A stretch of DNA of 64,000 bases from Basidiobolus meristosporus CBS 931.73 (lineage: Eukaryota; Fungi; Basidiobolomycota), in the NCBI GenBank assembly GCA_002104905.1, contig MCFE01000486.1, forward strand, positions 3,700 to 67,699. Reading direction: 5' to 3'. A program made the translations under genes and the position numbers. The notes beneath the pieces were generated by a model. The model ran no database searches and was not told where the DNA came from. It saw only the letters and a list, made by a program, of their open reading frames with translations. This document shows, piece after piece, positions 52,031-62,017 of this stretch (position 1 is its first letter; each line of letters opens with the position of its first letter).

Positions 52031-53023
52031 TTACTGTGCCTTTGCGGTCTTCTTGACTTCGAACCGGCGGTTGGTCGCAGGGGCATCATATTCCAGTTTA
52101 GTGGAGCCTTTACAGTAAGCATCAGTGGTGCCACAGTAGCCATAGCTGGAGCAGCAGTAGCCAGGTTGGCACTGACGCATCACATCTCCAAACCAGCCAC
52201 AACGTCTATCAGTTTGATTTGCAACAACAATGTCTATTCCCAAATTATTGGGATCGTATGGATACCACTGCCATTGTATGGGTTTGTTGTTATATCCATC
52301 GTAGCCAGCCGGGCCGTTGATAGACATCCAGATAGCCGTTTTATTATCTGCGAAGCCTGCACCCCATGTGCCGTCGGGACCAGGATATGTATAAGATATT
52401 GAGCCACCGAGCGAGGGGTACCAATACTTGGCGCCATTATGTTTGTAGGCTTGTTTACTCCAAACGCCCACGCGCATTCCATTGTCGAGTCCCTGGGGAT
52501 TTTCGAGAAATTGGTCGAAGCGGCCAAGACCATTGCTTAGGTTGTCGTTGATAACCCGCAGTTTACCAAATAGCATCCATTCGTCATCAATACGTAGTTG
52601 GGCTGTGTAGATCAAATAATCACCATCCTCCTCGTAATCAATCTGGAAGCCGTAATCCACTCCATCAAGCCATGGATAAAAGTACTGCATGTGGGACCCA
52701 GTGCCCTCGTGGCCAAAGCGACTAGTCACACACTCCTTGCATGTCTCCACTACGGTTGCTCGTCCTTTGGAGTTGTCCCAGAGAGAGAAGAGGAATACAC
52801 GTTTTTCGGCCCATGTCTGCATTCCCATATATCCGTTGTTCCAGCCGATGGCCTCCCAGTAAGTTTGGTTGGGACTAAATTCAGGAACAGACCTAACGTC
52901 AGTCTGAAAGGAGATAAACTTCTTCCCATCATCGGGGAGACTGGCATGGTTGTGCATTGCCTGCGAGAGCACCTTTGCTGCGAACAGCGAGGTAAGCGAG
53001 AGGAAAAGAGTTGGAAGCTGCAT
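52031..53023 (-). CDS. Secreted DUF3472-like + hevein/CBM18 chitin-binding protein, 330 aa, intronless (left-arm copy)
   Basis: Signal peptide; GYMGMQ…RVFLFSLWD…FGHEGTG…YPW…FLEN pattern recalled for DUF3472; C-terminal CGxxxxxxxxCxxGxCCSSYGYCGxxxxYC hevein motif. Confidence 0.82.
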   Translation of the reverse strand: MQLPTLFLSLTSLFAAKVLSQAMHNHASLPDDGKKFISFQTDVRSVPEFSPNQTYWEAIGWNNGYMGMQTWAEKRVFLFSLWDNSKGRATVVETCKECVTSRFGHEGTGSHMQYFYPWLDGVDYGFQIDYEEDGDYLIYTAQLRIDDEWMLFGKLRVINDNLSNGLGRFDQFLENPQGLDNGMRVGVWSKQAYKHNGAKYWYPSLGGSISYTYPGPDGTWGAGFADNKTAIWMSINGPAGYDGYNNKPIQWQWYPYDPNNLGIDIVVANQTDRRCGWFGDVMRQCQPGYCCSSYGYCGTTDAYCKGSTKLEYDAPATNRRFEVKKTAKAQ

Positions 53024-54640
53024 GATATTCTACCGAAACATGGAACTCGACCATGCTTATAAAGCAGTTCCATTTTGCCAACACAACGATCACGTTTCGT
53101 TACAAATTATGAGAACAAGCAGAGATTTCACCCTGATTTAGTAGTGGATGATTGTGCTCTACTATTGTGGCAACTCGGGTAGTTGAGTACCACTTAGTAT
53201 GAAATGAATGGATCCTCAATGGTGATCCACGGATAAATAACATCGTTGATGATGGTTTCATGCGGCTTATAGAAGATTCCAAAACTAAAGGTATCTTACA
53301 TACTGGTCTTGATAAATGACGGTCCAAGGAAGGATTATCTGAATTCGGATGTAGCTGCTCCTACAGTGCACACATGACGCATTAGTATACAGTCAGTGAA
53401 CCTAGAGTGTTCTATCATAGCGCGAGGAATTCGGAACTACAATAATGGCATAGGCTATAAGCAGTAACTTGTGCACAACCCTCTTTCTTCTCAGCAATTG
53501 TGAAGCTCGGAAGAGGCTATACCAACACCACAGCCATCGAGGGTCAAATCCAACGCTTCAGTTAGGAAATATAGACATTCTTCACCATGCGCCAAGGAGC
53601 ACGAGCATGGCGGATGCAATATCCTGGTGAGACAGTTTGCCAAAGATGAGTTGTAATGTGCACACTACTCCAGAACGTCAACACATTCTAGCATATCTAC
53701 TAATAATGATCAGTGTCTAAAATGCGGTGGCGATAGCCTGTCCACTGCTCATTTCACAAATTACTCACACATTTGGAATATAGTTTAGCCATACCGCACG
53801 TGATATTTCAGCGTTCCTCGCGTATCATACCTTCATAGACACTCTCATAGAACTTCATAGTATCCGGGTGTATAAGGTTAAGGTTCCGATTGCTTGACTT
53901 AATAAATGTTCCGATTAAGGTTAGTTCAATGTGGCCAATAGATTACCTAAAATAATCTTTGTCGAGATTCCGATTTAGAGTTAGCATTATGTTTCAGTAA
54001 GGAGCTGAGCATCATGGAAAATCACACTAAACTCCATTTTTGACCAAGCCGATAAACACATAGATTTCCCTTTTCTGAAAGTATCATTTGATTTGGTTGA
54101 TGCAACCAGGGTCCGATTGGTGGTCGACAAATGTGGGATGGAGGATTGATAGGTGATGCGAGATAGAGGTATCTGCGGGCTGGCCAAGCCTTTTGATCTT
54201 GCCAAAGATTTGCTTATATGGAAAACCCCACTTAAAAATATGGCTTAGGGGCTCGTCGGAACACTTTGAAAGATAAACATTTGCGCAGACCCGACATACT
54301 CCCCATTTCCAGGGCTTCGTGACAGATCTTGCATCAGCTTCCTGTTCCGTCAGAAGTAAATCTGGAAAATACCAAAATTTCCCGGATTGATTGAACTGGA
54401 ACAACATGACTTATGACCAACATTCAGCAAACTCATTGGGCAATTGGGATACTGAAGCCACTGTTTAGTGCTTCGGGGCGTAAGTATGTGGCCAATCATT
54501 ATCAATATTAATAAAGAGAAAAGTTAGGATGCGGGCATTGTGGTAATGGCCAGGTGAGGGAAAGCCACCAGTATAGTGAGATCTTTATCTCACTCAGTAT
54601 GTACAAAACTACTAAAGCTAAGGTAAGGAAGCCAGGAAAG

Positions 54641-55200
54641 TGTTACTCACCATCCCAAGTAAGCAATCTAGAACTTTGTTTCTTGGTTACGTTGCCCTGA
54701 ATTGAATGAAGCCACTTACTCAAATGGCTTGCAGCTATTATTCTTACTTGCTCCAGCTGTGTTACAACCAGTATCTATTTCTAGAGCTTCTGTGTTAAAC
54801 TATGTACTGTTGTCATCCTGTAAAAGCACTAAAATTCTCACCATAAGATGTACATCCCTACCGGCTTAAATTTTTGCCATATTTTTGACTGCAAATATAG
54901 ATCTCACCAACTCTTATTGACTTTTCCTCCTTCCTAGCGCTAAGTAGCGCTCCCACAAGATTTCATGCTGGCATATCTTTGCCGACTTTGTGCCAGTTAC
55001 TGTTCTAGCTGTAAAGTTACTGAGAGCAGAAAAGCCCAAACTGTATTATTTATTCTATAGAAAAATGCCATTTATAATATGTAATTTCCCAACGCACTTT
55101 GATTTTCTCTTCTCCTGAGAGTAACCTCATATAATTCAGTGCAATATCACCCAAGAAACAAAGCTCAAGTTAGACTATTTACTAATGATATTCAATTAAT
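54641..55200. other. Unique 560-bp spacer between the inverted arms
   Basis: Arm homology ends at GGAAAG (54640) and CTTTGC (55201). The spacer has no self-similarity beyond a 6-bp hairpin. Confidence 0.8.
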
Positions 55201-56805
55201 CTTTGCGGCCTTCTTTACTTTAGCCTTGGTAACTTTGTACCTACTTAGTAAGATAAGGATCTCACCATACTGGTGGCTTTCCCTCCCCTGACTGTTACCA
55301 GAATGCCTGCATCTTAACTTTCCCCTCTATTGATGCTAATAATGATTGGCCGCGTACGTGCACCTGAAGCACGGAACAATGACCTCGGTATTCCAGTTGC
55401 CCAATGAGTGATTGTGTGTCGATTGTTGATAATAAGTCATGTCGTTCCAGTTCAATCAATCCGGTAAATTTTGGTATTTTCCAGACTTACTTCGGACGGG
55501 ATAAGAAGCTGATACAAGGTCTGACACAAAGCCCTGGAAATGGGGAGTATGTTGGGCCTGCGCAAATGTTTATCTTTCTAAGTATTCCGACTAGCCCCTA
55601 AGCCATATTTTTAAGTGGGGTTTTCCATATAAGTAAAATTTTGGCACAACCAATAGGCTTGGCCAGCCCGCTGATACCACCATCTTGCATGACCCATTGA
55701 TCCCCCATCACATATTTGTTGTCCATCAATCAGACCCTGGTTGCATCAACCAAATCGAATGATACTTTCAGAAAAGGGAAATCTATGTGTTTATCGGCTT
55801 GGTCAAAAATGGAGTTTAGTGTGATTTTCCATGATGCTCAGCTCCTTACTGAAACATAATGCTAACTCTAAATCGGAATCTCGACAAAGATTATTTTAGG
55901 TAATCTATTGGCCACATTGAACTAACCTTAATCGGAACATTTATTAAGTCAAGCAATCGGAACCTTAACCTTATACACCCGGATACTATGAAGTTCTATG
56001 AGAGTGTCTATGAAGGTATGATACACGAGGAACGCTGAAATATCACCTGAGGTATGGTTAAGCTATATTCCAAATGTGTGAGTAATTTGTGAAATGAGCA
56101 GTGGACAAGCTATCGCCACTGCATTTTAGACACTGATCATTATTAGTGGGTATGCTAGATTGCGTTGACGTTCTGGAGCAGCGCGTACATTGCAACTTAT
56201 TTTTGGCAAACTGTCTCGCCATGCTCGTGCTCCTTGGCGCATGGTGAAGAATGTCTATATTTCCTAACTGAAGCGTTGGATTTGACCCTCGATGGCTGTG
56301 GTGTTGGCATAGCCTCTTCCGAGCTTCACAATTGCTGAGAAGAAAGAGGGTTGTGCACAAGTTACTGCTTATAGCCTATGCCATTATTGTAGTTCCGAAT
56401 TCCTCGCGCTATGATAGAACACTCTAGGTTCACTGACTGTATACTAATGCGTCATGTGTGCACTGTAGGAGCCGCTACATCCGTATTCAGATAATCCTTC
56501 CTTGGACCGCCATTTATCAAGACCAGTATGTAAGATATCCTTAGTTTTGGAATCTTCTATAAGCCGCATGAAACCATCATCAACGATGTTATTTATCCGT
56601 GGATCACCATTGAGGATCCGTTCATTTCATACTAAGTGGTACTCAACTACCCGAGTTGCCACAATAGTAGAGCACAATCATCCACTACTAAATCAGGGTG
56701 AAATCTCTGCTTGTTTTCATAATTTGTAATGAAAAGTGATCTTTGTGTTGGCAAAATGGAACTGCTTTATAAGCATGGTCGAGTTCCATGTTTCGGTGGA
56801 ATATC

Positions 56806-57798
56806 ATGCAGCTTCCAACCCTTTTCCTCTCGCTTACCTGGCTGTTCGCAGCAAAGGTGCTCTCGCAGGCAATGCACAACCATGCCAGTCTCCCCGATGA
56901 TGGGAAGAAGTTTATCTCCTTTCAGACTGACGTTAGGTCTGTTCCTGAATTTAGTCCCAACCAAACTTACTGGGAGGCCATCGGCTGGAACAACGGATAT
57001 ATGGGAATGCAGACATGGGCCGAAAAACGTGTATTCCTCTTCTCTCTCTGGGACAACTCCAAAGGACGAGCAACCGTAGTGGAGACATGCAAGGAGTGTG
57101 TGACTAGTCGCTTTGGTCACGAGGGCACTGGGTCCCACATGCAGTACTTCTATCCATGGCTTGATGGAGTGGATTACGGCTTCCAGATTGATTACGAGGA
57201 GGATGGTGATTATTTGATCTACACAGCCCAACTACGTATTGATGACGAATGGATGCTATTTGGTAAACTGCGGGTTATCAACGACAACCTAAGCAATGGT
57301 CTTGGCCGCTTCGACCAATTTCTCGAAAATCCCCAGGGACTCGACAATGGAATGCGCGTGGGCGTTTGGAGTAAACAAGCCTACAAACATAATGGCAGCA
57401 AGTATTGGTACCCCTCGCTCGGTGGCTCAATATCTTATACATATCCTGGTCCCGACGGCACATGGGGTGCAGGCTTCGCAGATAATAAAACGGCTATCTG
57501 GATGTCTATCAACGGCCCGGCTGGCTACGATGGATATAACAACAAACCCATACAATGGCAGTGGTATCCATACGATCCCAATAATTTGGGAATAGACATT
57601 GTTGTTGCAAATCAAACTGATAGACGTTGTGGCTGGTTTGGAGATGTGATGCGTCAGTGCCAACCTGGCTACTGCTGCTCCAGCTATGGCTACTGTGGCA
57701 CCACTGATGCTTACTGTAAAGGCTCCACTAAACTGGAATATGATGCCCCTGCGACCAACCGCCGGTTCGAAGTCAAGAAGACCGCAAAGGCACAGTAA
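56806..57798 (+). CDS. Secreted DUF3472-like + hevein/CBM18 chitin-binding protein, 330 aa (right-arm copy)
   Basis: As the left copy. About 6 nucleotide and 2 amino-acid differences (S12W in the signal peptide; HNGAK vs HNGSK). Hevein domain at about 57625-57717. Confidence 0.82.
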   Translation: MQLPTLFLSLTWLFAAKVLSQAMHNHASLPDDGKKFISFQTDVRSVPEFSPNQTYWEAIGWNNGYMGMQTWAEKRVFLFSLWDNSKGRATVVETCKECVTSRFGHEGTGSHMQYFYPWLDGVDYGFQIDYEEDGDYLIYTAQLRIDDEWMLFGKLRVINDNLSNGLGRFDQFLENPQGLDNGMRVGVWSKQAYKHNGSKYWYPSLGGSISYTYPGPDGTWGAGFADNKTAIWMSINGPAGYDGYNNKPIQWQWYPYDPNNLGIDIVVANQTDRRCGWFGDVMRQCQPGYCCSSYGYCGTTDAYCKGSTKLEYDAPATNRRFEVKKTAKAQ

Positions 57799-60700
57799 TT
57801 GTGCCCTTTACATGTTCAGCACTCTCGTGTTGCTCGTCACCAAGTGTAATGCGTTTACACCGTTTTTGCGAACTACCATCAATAAATTCAGGTATCACGT
57901 GTTGCACCGACAATTACGATCAAACTTTTTATGAGCGGCGTTTTAGCCTGTGCTGGTTAGATCACATTTTCTGTCTGATATTGGCAATTGAAGGCCTGGT
58001 CGTTATTTCCATCATTGCCATATATGGTTATTTCAGTTGACTTTCTGGGTTCCGCAGTGTGCCAAATAAATTTGGAGCCAGCCAATGACCACCGAATATC
58101 TGTGTAGATCTGTGTACGATTTCCGGATCGGGTTTTTGATCAACTACTTAGCTCTAAGATGGTATTTGAGATTATATCGTGTATCACTCCCGACTAGCTG
58201 GATTTCAGTAGATTGGTCTCAGGGTGCATTGCAGGCAATTTTATGAAAAATATGGCATGCACATGTGGTTAGTATATCCTTCGGATGATAAAACGTATCC
58301 ATTGAAACGCTTCTATTTGTAGTTTGACTTGAATATTATCACAAGTTTCCATGTATCACCACTCAATTCGGTAACTGGTTACCATATGTTGCGCGTCGGA
58401 TATCTCGATTACCGATTGATGGAAATGATAGGCGGTGGCTTTGATGCCCGCTAACTCAGACTCGGCACTATGCCTCTCCTTGACAATTGAGGTAGTGTAG
58501 ACAATATCTTTACCCACCTTGAGCATGCATTTTGGTCTGGGCTTCCAGAATCGCACTTGAAAATTGATTTGGACAGTCTTTACGTCAGTAAAACAATTGT
58601 CATGGCAGCTTACAGGATATCCGTTCGTTGCTTGAGATGGATTATCACCCATATTTCATCATGATTACTGTCCGAAATAAGTAACAGAGCCACCACGAAA
58701 TTTGGCTTCTACTAAATCATCCAACAGGGATCTTTATTGGTGCTCAAAAGGTTGTTATAGGCCAATTGTAAGCCTTTCCCGTAATCAAAACGTTCATGGT
58801 ACAGTGGTTCAATCGTGAATCTATTGAAGAAAATGTATATTCTAGGTAACTGTGGCAGACAATAGATTCTTGGACTTCATGAGAGCTAATATAGGCTTCA
58901 TATACCTCTGAGCTGAGTCTAAGGTCCATTTCGTCTTCTAAACGAAAGTCAGTGTGGGTGAATGGCTGTATAGAATTGCCGCTAATGATGATGCTTTACA
59001 AGCCATCCAATCAAATCCTGGAGGTTTCGTTTCTTGCTACGGCTACTTCTGCTTGCGGATGACAAGTATATGTGATCGATTTGTTAATCCATGGACGAAT
59101 ATACAGTAAGAAAATTGGGAAGAGATTTTATTTAACGCCACTTCTCAGAGCCCTTTCGAGTGCATTACTGAATGTTGATTTGTACATATATAGCTCAAAT
59201 AGGTACTGGTTCAGGTACTTATTTCTTTTAATATATACTTATTAATAGCGCCTGACCGAGTCGCGTCAAAAGGAATCGAAAGAAATGGAGCACTAAGCCA
59301 GGTCCAAGTTAGTAAGCACACCATCGCTATCAAATGAAACATACACTTAGCAGCGTCAGTACTTTGCCGTGTGCGTACGACAGCTTCCTGTTACTAACTG
59401 CTCAATAAAAAACTGAATTAATGTGGTAGAAATAAATTCAGTACCGTTTGAGGCATGACTCAAAATCCGGCAATGTAGTCGACAAAACAGTAAATCCTTC
59501 ATAAAATTCAATCCAGAAAACGATTTGGAAGATGAAAGTATCGGTATTTACAACTGCAAATGAGAGGCTATTCATCTAAATGTTGATCAACAGATTCTGT
59601 TTATCACGCGGCGATCCACCTTGGTAGGTCACCGCCGATGTAGCCAAAAATGACTTTGTTATATGAAATATCATTAGCTCCTCTCAATAACCCATTACCT
59701 CCTTCAGTTATACCCCCACAGCCACTTAACCCTGTCTTGACTCCTTTTCAGCTTAGTAGTCATTTATATAAGCTGTCGCAAAAAGATACCTCTCTTTGTT
59801 CACTTGTTAAAAAGCTACACATATCGCACTTTGCTTCGTTATTATGAGTTATTGAAATAAAGATTTCACTTTATGGTGACTGTCACCCTCCTACCCTCAC
59901 TAAAGACTTCATCACAATGATGCATTTACGGAGCAGCATAGTACTTGTCATCTGAGCACTTCACATGCTTGTGGGAGTGATTACTGTATCTAAATAACCG
60001 TCTAGAATAGAGTTTCCTCTTAAACAACTTGTCTATGCAGCATTTGAGCTGTGTCTTCCCCCAGTCCAACTAACAATGAGAGATAATAAAAAAGCGGTTT
60101 TGCTGATTATATTGCAATATCCCATATCTCCCTGAGAAACCACACTTATCAGCAGCACTTGGTGTGTTTAGTTTTCTCACATATTGTAGCAAAATACTTC
60201 GACTTGGGGCAAAGCGTTTTTTATGATTCACTGCAATGGCAGTATGATCATCAAATTCTGGTTGAAATGCTACCGCTCCCATCCATTCATGTTGAGCTAC
60301 TGTTGTTTTATCAAAAGTCACTGACATCTCTGAGCTCGGTATTAGCTACAATCGAGCTGATTTACTTCTAAATGCCATCTGAAATTGACTCATTCCTTTA
60401 TGCATTGTTTGAAGAGCTCAGCACCGCAATGATGATGTAAATGCCAATTTCTTGAACCCCATTTGCCCATACAAGTTCATACAGATTGATCGAGCTACTT
60501 GGGATTAGTAATAAAGATTGTTCGTGATAACTACATTCTCAAACCATATTTATTCCTTATCGGCGAATTTCGCCAAAAATGGAAGTACATACAAGTATTA
60601 CGAGCAATGAAAATAGAAGCCAAATTACAATAGACCATTGGCTAGGCGCAGAATATGATGATTCTATGAATAAAAAAAGACCATCAATTCTCCTCACTGA

Positions 60701-61293
60701 GGCTATCCATAACATGAAGCTTAGAAGGCAGCGTTCAAGGCTAATGTACAACTCAGATGGTGCATCAATATTCATATTGTGCGATCTTGTGACACACCAA
60801 ATAATTTCACACTGGCTGTATTATCCCTCATCCTTGGGTCAATAACAACAGACCTGGTAAGACCAATAAATTTGCATCTTACACATCGGGTCAGTTTTGT
60901 AGGAGCAAGTAGATACATGACATATATACAAGGATATACCTCACTCGTGCTCTCATTTGATATCTACTTCTTTGACTAGCCCCTTTTGGTAAATCTATCT
61001 TTTTTCACATGTGTTGCAGTGTTGACCACCACTCCACCAAGTTGGTCGGTAGGAAGCAGCTAGAATGTTGTACTGACAAACAACCACTTGCATTACTATA
61101 TTGAGTAGCGTAATAGAATATTCCACTTTCATGAATACCTCTGCGGCTGCTTGGCGTGGTCAAGATGCTGTTGCCACCTAGTGTCTGGTAGGATGAGGTG
61201 GAAAAATGATAGCAAGCAAAAATCAGACGGATGGAATTTTCCACTGCGATAAGGCATCAGTCAGACAACGGAGGGAAGCAGGGGCATCATCGG

Positions 61294-61300
61294 TATATAA
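61294..61300 (+). promoter_or_regulatory. Putative TATA box (TATATAA) of the secreted 6-Cys gene (mirrored at about 48530-48536)
   Basis: Lies 49 nt upstream of the signal-peptide ATG at 61349. Confidence 0.5.
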
Positions 61301-61348
61301 TAGATGCTATGCGTGTATTTGTGGAGCATCCCAACCCCAAAGATTAAT

Positions 61349-62017
61349 ATGCAACTTCGCTTGACCGCCCTAGCTGTTTGGACCGTGCTTGCTGCTTCTG
61401 CCTTAGCTAAGCCTACCGGGATCACTCTTGACCTCACGGGGAAGATTCCTGCGCTTACTTCCACACCGATTGAGCAAGAGTACCCTGTTGATGCTCCTTG
61501 TAACAACTCCGAAGAGGCGCAGAATCTATATGGAGGCTTTCCTGTTTGCAACCCTGCATGGTTCTCCGGGGTGGTGGCATCAGAGCTGGATGCAAGGTTT
61601 TTGATCTGGAGTAGCCCGGCCAACCAAGCAGCCATTGAGGACAACGATGTCAACGAAACTGTTGCCGCAACTGCGACAATTTCTTTAGCCAGTGATGCCA
61701 GCGGCGTGGATGGCTTCCCCATCACGTATCCTGAGTTTAGGCAGTGCGCAAACATTGACCCCGTTGAGAATAACGGAGGCTTTGTCCTTTACTGGCCTAC
61801 CGAAGCCATCTATTGCTTTTATAGCGAACCCAACTGTGTCGGAGAACGTGTTTGTATGATCCCACATGGTCCTGGATCTCAGTATAACACAATCATCCCT
61901 GCCACCGAAAATATGATCAAGAATGGACTTCGCAGTAGTGTGGTGTTACCCATGATGCCAAAAAATGGCTACAAAGCTCCGTTTACCATGAATCCTTTCG
62001 AGAATTATGACTATTAG
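61349..62017 (+). CDS. Secreted 6-Cys protein, 222 aa, intronless (right-arm copy)
   Basis: Identical protein to 47813-48481. Confidence 0.85.
   Translation: MQLRLTALAVWTVLAASALAKPTGITLDLTGKIPALTSTPIEQEYPVDAPCNNSEEAQNLYGGFPVCNPAWFSGVVASELDARFLIWSSPANQAAIEDNDVNETVAATATISLASDASGVDGFPITYPEFRQCANIDPVENNGGFVLYWPTEAIYCFYSEPNCVGERVCMIPHGPGSQYNTIIPATENMIKNGLRSSVVLPMMPKNGYKAPFTMNPFENYDY

Larger units (their letters stand above)
45803..54640 (+). repeat. Left arm of a giant inverted repeat (at least 8.8 kb; outer limit set by the window end)
   Basis: Reverse complement of 55201-64000. Paired ORF coordinates sum to about 109,830 (inner) and 109,804 (outside a 26-bp indel). Confidence 0.98.

Noticed and set aside
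54936-54951. AGCGCT-AAGT-AGCGCT hairpin near the palindrome axis
   Set aside because: Only a 6-bp stem and about 20 bp off-centre; expected by chance.
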